Below are positions 54,947-62,585 of a DNA stretch of 64,000 nt, piece after piece. This DNA comes from Jatrophihabitantaceae bacterium. GTDB taxonomy: Bacteria; Actinomycetota; Actinomycetes; Mycobacteriales; Jatrophihabitantaceae. Every line of letters starts with the position of its first letter. The first letter of the stretch is position 1. The translations under genes and the position numbers were made by a program. The stretch is taken from NCBI GenBank assembly GCA_051000395.1, contig JBPCOI010000078.1:15780-79779 (forward strand). The letters run 5' to 3'. The notes under the pieces are model-generated. The model did no database searches. It saw only the letters and a list, made by a program, of their open reading frames with translations, and was not told the DNA's origin.

Positions 54947-54978
54947 TCGCCGCCGGCGGTTCACCCAGCAGGTATTTT

Positions 54979-55107
54979 TCCTCCACAGGGCACGGACGTC
55001 GCGAGGGCCGTCCCGCCTGAGCCGGTACCCAGCCGCCCGTCGATATCCACAGCGCCGTCCACCGGTCGTCTACAGGAGCTCCGGCGAGTCGCACAGCGTC
55101 GTCCACA
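54979..55107 (+). promoter_or_regulatory. Three co-oriented DnaA-box-like 9-mers upstream of dnaB
   Basis: TCCTCCACA (54979-54987), ATATCCACA (55043-55051) and TCGTCCACA (55099-55107), compared with the consensus TT[AG]TCCACA. Weaker GTCCACC (55057-55063) in between. Confidence 0.35.
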
Positions 55108-55225
55108 GCTGGGCGCACAAGCCGAATTGCCCGCGGCTCGTCAGGCCTCTAACGTCTGCTCCACCGCAACGCAGTCAGCCAGGACGTGCCGACAACGCCA
55201 GAACTGTCGGTAGCGCCCGGTAGTT

Positions 55226-55243
55226 CTGTGTGCGTGCACACAG
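55226..55243. promoter_or_regulatory. 18-bp palindrome CTGTGTGC-gt-GCACACAG 23 nt before the dnaB ATG
   Basis: 8-bp perfect arms, partly overlapped by a second inverted repeat CAGAACT-N16-AGTTCTG ending at 55228. Confidence 0.35.
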
Positions 55244-55265
55244 GCAATCGGGAGGGCGACCGGGC

Positions 55266-56645
55266 ATGACGCTGGCCGACGACTCGCGGGTGGCCGCGGC
55301 GCCCCGGGAGTACGACCGCACGCCACCGCAGGCTGTCGAGGCGGAGCAGTCGGTGCTCGGCGCGATGATGCTGTCCAAGGACGCGATCGCCGACGTGGTG
55401 GAGATCGTGCGTCCGGGCGACTTCTACCGGCCGGCCCACCAGCTGGTCTACGACGCCGTCCTCGACCTGTATGCCCGCGGCGAACCGGCCGACGCCGTCA
55501 CGGTGTCCGCGGAGCTGACGCGGGCCGGGCAGCTGGTGCGTGCCGGCGGCGCGCCGTACCTGCACACGCTGATCTCTATGGTGCCGACGGCGGCCAATGC
55601 CGGTTACTACGCGCAGATCGTGGCCGAGCGGGCGACGCTGCGCCGCCTGGTCACCGCCGGCACGCGGATCGTGCAGATGGGTTACGACACTGCCTCGGGC
55701 TCGCAGGACGTCACCGGCAGCGTCGACGACGTCGTCGACCGCGCGCAGGCCGAGATCTACGAGGTCACCGAGCGGCGCACCAGCGAGGACTACGTCCACA
55801 TAGAGTCGCTGCTGCAGAGCACCCTGGACGAGATCGACAAGATCGCCTCGACCGGCGGTATCGGCACCGGTATCCCGACCGGATTCCACCAGCTCGACGA
55901 GTACACCAACGGGCTGCACCCCGGCCAGATGATCACGATCGCCGGCCGTCCCGGCTCCGGCAAGAGCACCCTCGCGCTCGACATCGCCCGCTCGGCGGCG
56001 GTGAAGCATCAGAAGCCGACGGTCATCTTCTCGCTGGAGATGGGCAAGCTCGAGATCATGATGCGGCTGTTCTCCGCGGAGGCGGGGGTGGCGCTGCAGA
56101 ACATGCGTTCCGGGCACATGAGCGACCAGGACTGGACTCGCCTGGCGCTGCGCTCGAGCGAACTGGCCGACGCCCCGCTATTCATCGACGACTCGCCGAA
56201 CCTGACGATGATGGAGATCCGCGCCAAGGCCCGCCGGCTACGCCAGCGCGCCGACCTGCAGCTGATCGTGATCGACTACCTGCAGCTGATGACCAGCGGC
56301 AAACGCGTCGAGTCGCGCCAGCAGGAGGTCAGCGAGTTCTCCCGCGCGATGAAGCTGCTAGCCAAGGAGCTCGACGTACCGGTGGTCGCGCTCTCGCAGC
56401 TCAACCGCGGACCCGAGCAGCGCACCGACAAGAAGCCGCTGCTGTCCGACCTGCGCGAGTCGGGTAGTATCGAACAGGATTCGGACATGGTGCTGCTCGT
56501 GCACCGCCCCGACCTGTACGAGCCGGAGACCGAACGCGCCGGCGAGGCCGACCTGATCATCGCCAAGCACCGCAACGGCCCCACCGCCACCGTCGCAGTC
56601 GCCTTCCAAGGCCGCTACAGCCGCTTCACCGACATGCCCCGCTGA
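55266..56645 (+). CDS. dnaB: Replicative DNA helicase DnaB (no intein)
   Basis: PPQAVEAEQSVLGAMML N-terminus. Walker A GRPGSGKST. LIVIDYLQLM and SQLNRGPEQR motifs. ATG 55266 after GGGAGGG. Confidence 0.96.
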   Translation: MTLADDSRVAAAPREYDRTPPQAVEAEQSVLGAMMLSKDAIADVVEIVRPGDFYRPAHQLVYDAVLDLYARGEPADAVTVSAELTRAGQLVRAGGAPYLHTLISMVPTAANAGYYAQIVAERATLRRLVTAGTRIVQMGYDTASGSQDVTGSVDDVVDRAQAEIYEVTERRTSEDYVHIESLLQSTLDEIDKIASTGGIGTGIPTGFHQLDEYTNGLHPGQMITIAGRPGSGKSTLALDIARSAAVKHQKPTVIFSLEMGKLEIMMRLFSAEAGVALQNMRSGHMSDQDWTRLALRSSELADAPLFIDDSPNLTMMEIRAKARRLRQRADLQLIVIDYLQLMTSGKRVESRQQEVSEFSRAMKLLAKELDVPVVALSQLNRGPEQRTDKKPLLSDLRESGSIEQDSDMVLLVHRPDLYEPETERAGEADLIIAKHRNGPTATVAVAFQGRYSRFTDMPR

Positions 56646-57236
56646 GGTTGCTCCGCCGCCCGCTTGATATGACGATCCGGCCTGCAGCGCAAACCTGGCT
56701 CACGCGACACCGAAGAGGACAGGGGCAGTGACCAGACGTGTTCGCCGTGCCCAGCAGAGTGCTTCTGCTGCAGCGTGCGGCGCCGGCATCGGCACTGTGC
56801 AATGCGGGCTTGCCTTGGCCGGCATGCATGCAGTTGCGCGGTCAAATGTGGCAGCGCCTGACAGTTTTGAAGGCTTGGGCGTGGCCGCCCGCTACGGGCT
56901 GCTCGCTCTGTTGATCTCTGTGGTGCTGTTTCTGATTGCGAGTCGACTGCTCGCCCTGAAACGTTGGGTGCTCGCCGCCGCCGTCACGCGTCATGGTTCG
57001 GACTGCACAGCGACAGCCAGGCCTATTTGCTCATCCCCGTCGCGTGCCTGGCGACGTTGGTGGTCGGGCGGGTGTGGCCGGGGCGTTCAGCGCACCTAAG
57101 TTCATAGGCGGCGCAGACGCGGTATCCGCAAACGCGCGAAGTCGTCATCAACGGCTTGGCGCGAAGTGCCTGGGCTGGGTCACCTGCGGCGTTCCCAAGT
57201 TCAGCCGGAGTTGTTGGGAATTCGGCTCGACTCAAA

Positions 57237-57950
57237 CTAGCTCGCCTGGCCCGGTTCCCGTGTAGCAATCTTGAGTAGGTCAGCCAGACCGCACCGGCAG
57301 CCTTGAGCGGGATCGCAATCGTCATCATGCCGGCCGTATCGCGCAAGACCTCGCGCGAATTCATCACGCTCGGCCGCCAAGCTGTGCGCGAGTCGGCCGA
57401 TGTGTGCGGCCAGATCCTCGGCCGACCACCGTCCGGGTTGCGGCATGAGACCGCTTGTTGCCGTCGCGGACCCGACGCGCACCGCGCCCACACCACCGCC
57501 GCCCTCATCCGCCGCAGCCCTCGATCCGAGGCCTTCCGCGACTGCGGCCAGAGCCTCGGTGTCGACGCCGAGATTTACCAGCAGCGCGAACGCGGCACCG
57601 TCGCGCACCTCCAGAAGCGCGCTGAGCAGGTGCGGCTGCCCGATGCTCGCCTGACCCTGTCGTTGTGATGCCAGCAAAGCTCGTTCGAGCACCTTCTTGG
57701 CCCGCTTGGTGAACGGGATGTGTCCGCTCGGCTCCTTCTTACCTCGGCCGGCTGATTGCTCGACTCGACGTCGCGTGCCTTCCAATGTGGCACCGGCATT
57801 ATGCAGCGCGAGGCCGGTCTCGCCTTCCTCGACGTGCAATAGGGCCAGCAGCAGATGCTCCGTGCCAATCCGGTCGTGGTTGAGCAGCCGAGACTCCTCC
57901 TGGGCCAACACCACTACCCGGCGCGCGCTCGCAGTGAATCGTTCGAACAC
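57237..57950 (-). CDS. Orphan Clp_N (ClpA/B/C N-terminal repeat) domain protein with Cys-containing C-terminal extension
   Basis: GTG 57950 after GGGAGG. FERFTASARRVVVLAQEESRLLNHDRIGTEHLLLALL plus a second repeat FTKRAKKVLERALLASQRQGQASIGQPHLLSALL. C-terminal ~90 aa ends ...HDDDCDPAQGCRCGLADLL. Confidence 0.75.
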   Translation of the reverse strand: MFERFTASARRVVVLAQEESRLLNHDRIGTEHLLLALLHVEEGETGLALHNAGATLEGTRRRVEQSAGRGKKEPSGHIPFTKRAKKVLERALLASQRQGQASIGQPHLLSALLEVRDGAAFALLVNLGVDTEALAAVAEGLGSRAAADEGGGGVGAVRVGSATATSGLMPQPGRWSAEDLAAHIGRLAHSLAAERDEFARGLARYGRHDDDCDPAQGCRCGLADLLKIATREPGQAS

Positions 57951-58024
57951 AGAACCTCCCGGTGCGTATGTCACCCACGGTAGGCCCCGCGCCTGGTCAG
58001 GGAATCGCCTGACGAGGGTCGGCG

Positions 58025-58231
58025 CTAGCCGAAGTGTCCCCAGCGCGTAGCGATGATCAGAAGCACTCCGCCGACGGCTAGCAGGATTCCGGCGATGATC
58101 ATCCGGAGTGGGCCGAGGCGCAGTCTTGGAATGTGAGCGGCCGCGATCCACACCCCGGCGATGACGAAGAGCAAGAACCCGACCTCGGCCAGGCGTTGGC
58201 CGGTGTGGTGCGCCACAGCGACGGTGTACAT
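58025..58231 (-). CDS. Possible small two-TM membrane protein (68 aa; may extend to GTG 58318)
   Basis: MYTVAVAHHTGQRLAEVGFLLFVIAGVWIAAAHIPRLRLGPLRMIIAGILLAVGGVLLIIATRWGHFG. The remainder of the 324-aa track ORF overlaps the GNAT gene and is rejected. Confidence 0.35.
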   Translation of the reverse strand: MYTVAVAHHTGQRLAEVGFLLFVIAGVWIAAAHIPRLRLGPLRMIIAGILLAVGGVLLIIATRWGHFG

Positions 58232-58348
58232 GGTGAGCAGTGTCGCCAGGACCCTCGCGGTTGTCGAGCCGGATCGCGCCAGGCGAGCGAGGACGTCGAC
58301 ACCAGTCGAGATTTCCACGATGGCTGCCGCGCGGGAGAGACTCCCGCA

Positions 58349-58816
58349 GTGACGTTCGTCCGACGAAGCGCCGCCGCTGACGCGGAGGAATGCGTGGCCA
58401 TCGTCCGGGCCTCGCCTGACTACTTCGCACCGGAGACCCATTCGGAGATCGCGCAGGGCATGGCCAGCGGGAAGGGCTGGGTCGCCTGCGAGGCAACCGG
58501 CGAGATCGTCGGGTTCCTTCTCGTCGAGCGCGGCTTCACGCGAGCAGCGGAGATCCTTCACGCTGCAGTAGCCCCCGGCCGACGCTCGCGCGGCATCGGA
58601 ACGAAATTGGTGACCGAGGTGCTGCGTCAGCTGAGCGTCGACGACACAGACCTCGTGCTCGTGAAGACGCTCGACGGGTCGGCCGAATATCCGCCCTTCG
58701 CCCCGACCCGTGCGTTCTGGAAGCGCCTCGGCTTCATTCAAATCGCAGTGATCGACCCATTCCCCGGCTGGCAGGTCGGCAACCCTGCCGCGCTGCTCGT
58801 ACGCAGTCTGGCCTGA
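58349..58816 (+). CDS. GNAT family N-acetyltransferase
   Basis: GTG 58349. Acetyl-CoA loop HAAVAPGRRSRGIGTKLV (R/Q-x-x-G-x-G/A). ~155 aa. Confidence 0.75.
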   Translation: MTFVRRSAAADAEECVAIVRASPDYFAPETHSEIAQGMASGKGWVACEATGEIVGFLLVERGFTRAAEILHAAVAPGRRSRGIGTKLVTEVLRQLSVDDTDLVLVKTLDGSAEYPPFAPTRAFWKRLGFIQIAVIDPFPGWQVGNPAALLVRSLA

Positions 58817-58932
58817 CTCGAGGTCTGCTCGGACGAACGGGAGACTGCCTACGACCTGCTGCGCGGGAACCCGTCGGAAAATTGTCGCCGTCGCAGCGTC
58901 GGAATCCGGACCCGTCCGACGACGATAGGGAC

Positions 58933-59463
58933 ATGGGTGGCGCGGTGACGGCGGGCGCGGGAGCCGAGCTGCTCGCCCTCTACGACGCGGCGCTCCCACA
59001 GGTGTACGGCTACCTACTCCGACGTTGCGGCGACCGGGACGTGGCCGAGGAACTCACCTCGGAGACATTCCTCGCCGCGACCGACGCGGCGCGTCGCACC
59101 GACCCACCACCCCTGGGCGTGGGTTGGCTGATCGGAGTCGCCCGGCACAAGCTCGCCGATCACTGGCGCGGCCGGGCCCGGGAACAGCGAAACCTGCGGG
59201 CGGTCGCGACGGATCCGACGGTCGAGCCGGCCACGGTCGATCCGTGGGACGGGCGGCTCGACGCCCTGCAGGCGTGGGCAACCCTCGCGCGCCTAGCCCC
59301 GCAGCACCGGGCGGCCCTCACCCTGCGCTACGTCGACGACCTGCCCGTGCCGCAGGTGGCCGACCTACTCGGCCGCACCGCCCCTGCCACCGAGGCCCTG
59401 CTCGTCCGGGCCCGGCGCGAGTTTCGCGCCGTCTACGACCGGGAGGAGGGCTCCGATGACTGA
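58933..59463 (+). CDS. ECF-type sigma-70 family RNA polymerase sigma factor
   Basis: Region 2 (VYGYLLRRCGDRDVAEELTSETFLAA ... WLIGVARHKLADHWR) and region 4 (ALTLRYVDDLPVPQVADLLGRTAPATEALLVRARREF). Confidence 0.85.
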   Translation: MGGAVTAGAGAELLALYDAALPQVYGYLLRRCGDRDVAEELTSETFLAATDAARRTDPPPLGVGWLIGVARHKLADHWRGRAREQRNLRAVATDPTVEPATVDPWDGRLDALQAWATLARLAPQHRAALTLRYVDDLPVPQVADLLGRTAPATEALLVRARREFRAVYDREEGSDD

Positions 59464-60718
59464 TCCGTTCCACGAGCTGTACGAGCCGAACCGGCCGGTG
59501 GCCCCCGACCCGGTGTTCGCCCGCCGGCTGCGCGCCAGGATCGAGCGTGCACTGGCCCTACCTAAAGGAGTGCTCCCTGTGAGCACCACTGGCACCGCCG
59601 ACTCGCGCCCGGGCGCCCGGCCCGGTGAGCCGGCCTCGCCGCGACCGGCCGCCGTCCCCTACCTCGCCGTGGCCGACGCCCGCGCCGCAATCGACTGGTA
59701 CGTCGACATCTTCGACGCCCGGCTCGCCGACGAGCCCATCCAGATGCCCGACGGGCGCATCGGCCACTGCGATGTCGAGATCGCCGGCGGCCACCTCTAC
59801 CTCGCCGACGAGCACCCCGAGATCGGGGTCACCGCGCCGCGCCCGGGCGAATCGACGGTGAGCCTGATGCTGCCGGTCGTGGACGCCGATGCCGTGCGGG
59901 AGCGCGCGATGGCTGCGGGTGCCACCGGAGACCGCGCGCCGTATAACGCGTACGGCCAGCGCAATGCGTGGATCGTCGACCCGTTCGGTCACCGCTGGGG
60001 CCTGACCTCAGCGCTGCCCGCCACCGCACCCGTCGCCTCTCGGCACGGCGAGATCGTGCACGTGGCCCTGCGGACACCGGACGTCGAACGCACCCGCTCG
60101 TTCTACGCAGCCGTGCTCGGGTGGAGCTACCTGCCCGACGGACGGGTCGACGGGTTGGTGCCGTCGATCGGGTTCCGCGAGGGCGCGTCGCAGGTGACAT
60201 GCGACTTCGCCGTCATCGACCTCGCCGCGGCCCTCGACCGGCTGCGGGCCGCGGGCGGCGAGGCCGGCGAAATCGAGCGGCATCCCTGGGGCACGGTCGC
60301 CGAGTGCCTCGACGACCAGGGCACGGCCCTCCGCCTGCACGAGGCGCCCGCCGACGCCGACGACACCCCGCCGCCGGCCACCGGACGCCGGGCCGGCGGC
60401 GCGTCCTACCTCACCCTCGAGGTCGTCGACTCGGCACGGGCGCGTGCCTTCTACGGCGCCGTCCTCGACTGGCGGTTCGCTCCCGGGCGCGTCGAGGACG
60501 GCTGGCAGGTGCAAGACACCGCCCCGATGACCGGCCTCTCCGGCGGCAACGAGCGGGCCACCGCGGTACCGGTCTGGACGGTGCCCGATGTCGCGGCCGC
60601 CGTCGCGGCCGTGCGCAGGCACGGGGGGTCGGCGAGCGAGCCGCACCACGAGCCCTACGGCACCGTGAGCGAGTGCGTCGACGACCAAGGCCTGCGCTTT
60701 GGTCTCGTCGAGGTCTGA
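59456..60718 (+). CDS. Three-domain VOC (glyoxalase/bleomycin-resistance/PhnB-like) protein, translationally coupled to the ECF sigma
   Basis: ATG 59456 after GGGAGGAGGG, with an 8-nt overlap with the sigma stop. ~60-aa N-terminal leader. Three VOC-like units (VPYLAVADARAAIDWY..., IVHVALRTPDVERTRSFYAAVLGW..., ASYLTLEVVDSARARAFYGAVLDW...). No TM helix. Confidence 0.72.
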   Translation: MTDPFHELYEPNRPVAPDPVFARRLRARIERALALPKGVLPVSTTGTADSRPGARPGEPASPRPAAVPYLAVADARAAIDWYVDIFDARLADEPIQMPDGRIGHCDVEIAGGHLYLADEHPEIGVTAPRPGESTVSLMLPVVDADAVRERAMAAGATGDRAPYNAYGQRNAWIVDPFGHRWGLTSALPATAPVASRHGEIVHVALRTPDVERTRSFYAAVLGWSYLPDGRVDGLVPSIGFREGASQVTCDFAVIDLAAALDRLRAAGGEAGEIERHPWGTVAECLDDQGTALRLHEAPADADDTPPPATGRRAGGASYLTLEVVDSARARAFYGAVLDWRFAPGRVEDGWQVQDTAPMTGLSGGNERATAVPVWTVPDVAAAVAAVRRHGGSASEPHHEPYGTVSECVDDQGLRFGLVEV

Positions 60719-60745
60719 TCGGTCAATGCCCCAAGAGAGGACGAC

Positions 60746-61099
60746 ATGCGAGCCAACCGGATCACGCCCAATCTTCGCGTGGCCGATATCGATGCCGCAA
60801 AGGGCTTCTACACCGACTTTCTCGGACTGAGCACCGAGGAGTTCAACCTGGGCTGGGTGGCGCGCTATACCTGTCCCGACACCGGGGTGAACGTGCAACT
60901 CGTGACACGCGACGCGAGCGCACCGGAGGATTCTGTCATTTCCGTCCACACCGACGACGTCGACGCTGCATATGACCAAGCGCAGCGGCTCGGCTACGAG
61001 ATCGTGCATCCGCTGGCGACAGAGTCGTGGGGCGTGCGCCGGTTCTTCGTCCGGGCACCAGACGGCAACGTGATCAACATCGTGGGTCATCACGACTGA
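60746..61099 (+). CDS. VOC family (glyoxalase-like) protein
   Basis: 117 aa. ITPNLRVADIDAAKGFYTDFLGL ... RRFFVRAPDGNVINIV. Confidence 0.8.
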   Translation: MRANRITPNLRVADIDAAKGFYTDFLGLSTEEFNLGWVARYTCPDTGVNVQLVTRDASAPEDSVISVHTDDVDAAYDQAQRLGYEIVHPLATESWGVRRFFVRAPDGNVINIVGHHD

Positions 61100-61107
61100 C
61101 AACGCGA

Positions 61108-61599
61108 TCAGTGCTTGCGGACCACGCGTTCGGGCTCACCAGGCTTCCAGATCGTGACGTCCAGATGACCGCCGCCGACCTCGACCGAGGACGCGCCGGC
61201 CAGGTCGGCCGCATAGAAGTCGCTGAACTCCTGGCCGCGCAGATCGAACCCGGTCTCCTCGAACAGCCATGCCGCATACCGCCGATGCAGCATCACGTCC
61301 TGCACGTTGTGCGCGACGCCCCACACCTTGGCATCACCATCGCTCACGTGGCTGTCGACGGTGGCGGTGTGCAGGCTGAAGCGTGGATCACGACGTAGGT
61401 CCCTGAACTTCATCGTGTGCGGCATTCCCCCGATCCAGAGCTCACCCTCGAACATCCTCGGTTCGAGCGGGCTGATCCGTGGATACCCGTCCGATCGCAG
61501 GGTGGCGAGCAGGCACAGGCCGCCGGTCGCGGCATGCCGACGAGTGAAGATCTCGCAGATCCGCGGAGCTCGGGCGGCGAATTCAGCCCACGTTGCCAT
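61108..61599 (-). CDS. Pyridoxamine 5'-phosphate oxidase-like (split-barrel flavin/F420-binding) protein
   Basis: ATG 61599. LATLRSDGYPRISPLEP...KFRDLRRDPRFSLH pattern typical of the PNPOx-like family. The upstream track extension is discarded. Confidence 0.7.
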   Translation of the reverse strand: MATWAEFAARAPRICEIFTRRHAATGGLCLLATLRSDGYPRISPLEPRMFEGELWIGGMPHTMKFRDLRRDPRFSLHTATVDSHVSDGDAKVWGVAHNVQDVMLHRRYAAWLFEETGFDLRGQEFSDFYAADLAGASSVEVGGGHLDVTIWKPGEPERVVRKH

Positions 61600-61694
61600 G
61601 AGCGTGAGGTTACGAGACGACGACGGCCGGTGCCGATAGCAGGGCAAGCGGGGTGGGCTGCTTGCCTGTCCGCGATTCCGTCCTCGATTGCTGG

Positions 61695-61725
61695 TTGACT
61701 CTGACGTTGCGTCAGGCTTTAGCGT
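61695..61725 (+). promoter_or_regulatory. MerR-type promoter: TTGACT - 19-bp spacer containing palindrome CTGACG-ttg-CGTCAG - TAGCGT
   Basis: -35 at 61695-61700, -10 at 61720-61725, inverted repeat at 61701-61715. The 19-bp spacer is the hallmark of MerR/TipA-regulated promoters. Lies 48 nt upstream of the MerR gene ATG. Confidence 0.6.
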
Positions 61726-61772
61726 CGTCCGAGCTGGCACATCCGTGGCGGTAGAAGCGAAGGTGATCGGTC

Positions 61773-62525
61773 ATGGCAGCACGGGAAGTCCACGCGTGGA
61801 AGGTGGGTCAGCTGGCTTCCTCGACCGGGTTGACGGTGCGCACGTTGCACCACTACCACCATCTCGGCCTGGTGCAACCCTCGGGACGCACGCCCGCCGG
61901 GTACCGGCTGTACGTGGCGGCCGACGTCCAGCGGCTCTACCAGGTGCTGGCGCTGCGCCAGCTAGGTCTGGCGTTGAACGCGATCGGTGCGGTCTTGGAC
62001 GGCGCGGCGTCGCTCGAGGTGCTGCTCGACCAGCATCGGGCCTACCTCGACCGGCAGCTGGTCGCCATCCGCACCCTGCGCGCGCAGCTGGGCATCATGG
62101 CTACGGCCGTGAAGGGCGCCGAGGCGACGTCGGTCACCGACTTCTTGGAACTGATCCGAAAGGTGATCACAGTGGACGACACCGTGAAGCAGTACTTCAG
62201 CGACGAGCAGTTGGCTGATCTTGCCGAGCGTCGGCAACAGCTCGGCGAGCAGGCCATCGCCGATGTGGAGGCGACGTGGCCGAGGCTGATCGAGAAGGTG
62301 CAGGCAGCGGTGAGCAGCGGCCTCGACCCAGCCACACCCGAGGCGCAGAACCTGGCGGCGGAGTGGATGGGGCTGCTGGAGCAGTTCCACGGCGGCGATG
62401 CGGGGCTGCGTGACTCGCTGTATCGGATGTACGCCGAGAACACTCAGCACATCGAGCAGCAGCCTGGTGGCCCGTCGCCCGCACTGCTGGAGTTCGTCAA
62501 AGCCGCCAACGCCTCCCGGGCCTGA
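61773..62525 (+). CDS. MerR family regulator with TipAS-like C-terminal drug-binding domain
   Basis: HTH WKVGQLASSTGLTVRTLHHYHHLGLVQPSGRTPAGYRLY, coiled-coil dimerisation helix, and a ~140-aa TipAS-like C-terminus (AAEWMGLLEQFHGGDAGLRDSLYRMY). Confidence 0.87.
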   Translation: MAAREVHAWKVGQLASSTGLTVRTLHHYHHLGLVQPSGRTPAGYRLYVAADVQRLYQVLALRQLGLALNAIGAVLDGAASLEVLLDQHRAYLDRQLVAIRTLRAQLGIMATAVKGAEATSVTDFLELIRKVITVDDTVKQYFSDEQLADLAERRQQLGEQAIADVEATWPRLIEKVQAAVSSGLDPATPEAQNLAAEWMGLLEQFHGGDAGLRDSLYRMYAENTQHIEQQPGGPSPALLEFVKAANASRA

Positions 62526-62585
62526 CCGCCGCCGGCTGGGCGGTACACCTGCCGCCGCTCTCGCCGCCTCTCGACGGCGCCCTGG

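Noticed and set aside
52880-54964. 694-aa minus-strand ORF (plus several other frames) over the coiled-coil gene
   Set aside because: GAG/GCC/CGC-rich repeats leave all frames open. The reverse frame gives Leu/Gly/Arg-rich repeats with no start context. The plus-strand frame has an RBS, high GC3 and a coherent heptad-like sequence. Strand choice should still be confirmed by expression data.
56728-57099. 123-aa plus-strand ORF downstream of dnaB
   Set aside because: Weak third-position GC bias, no RBS and no recognisable family. It was left as part of the unexplained gap rather than called as a gene.
58232-58999. Upstream two-thirds of the 324-aa minus-strand ORF 58025-58999
   Set aside because: It overlaps the GNAT gene and the ECF sigma 5' region on the opposite strand. 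Only the terminal two-TM segment is plausibly coding.
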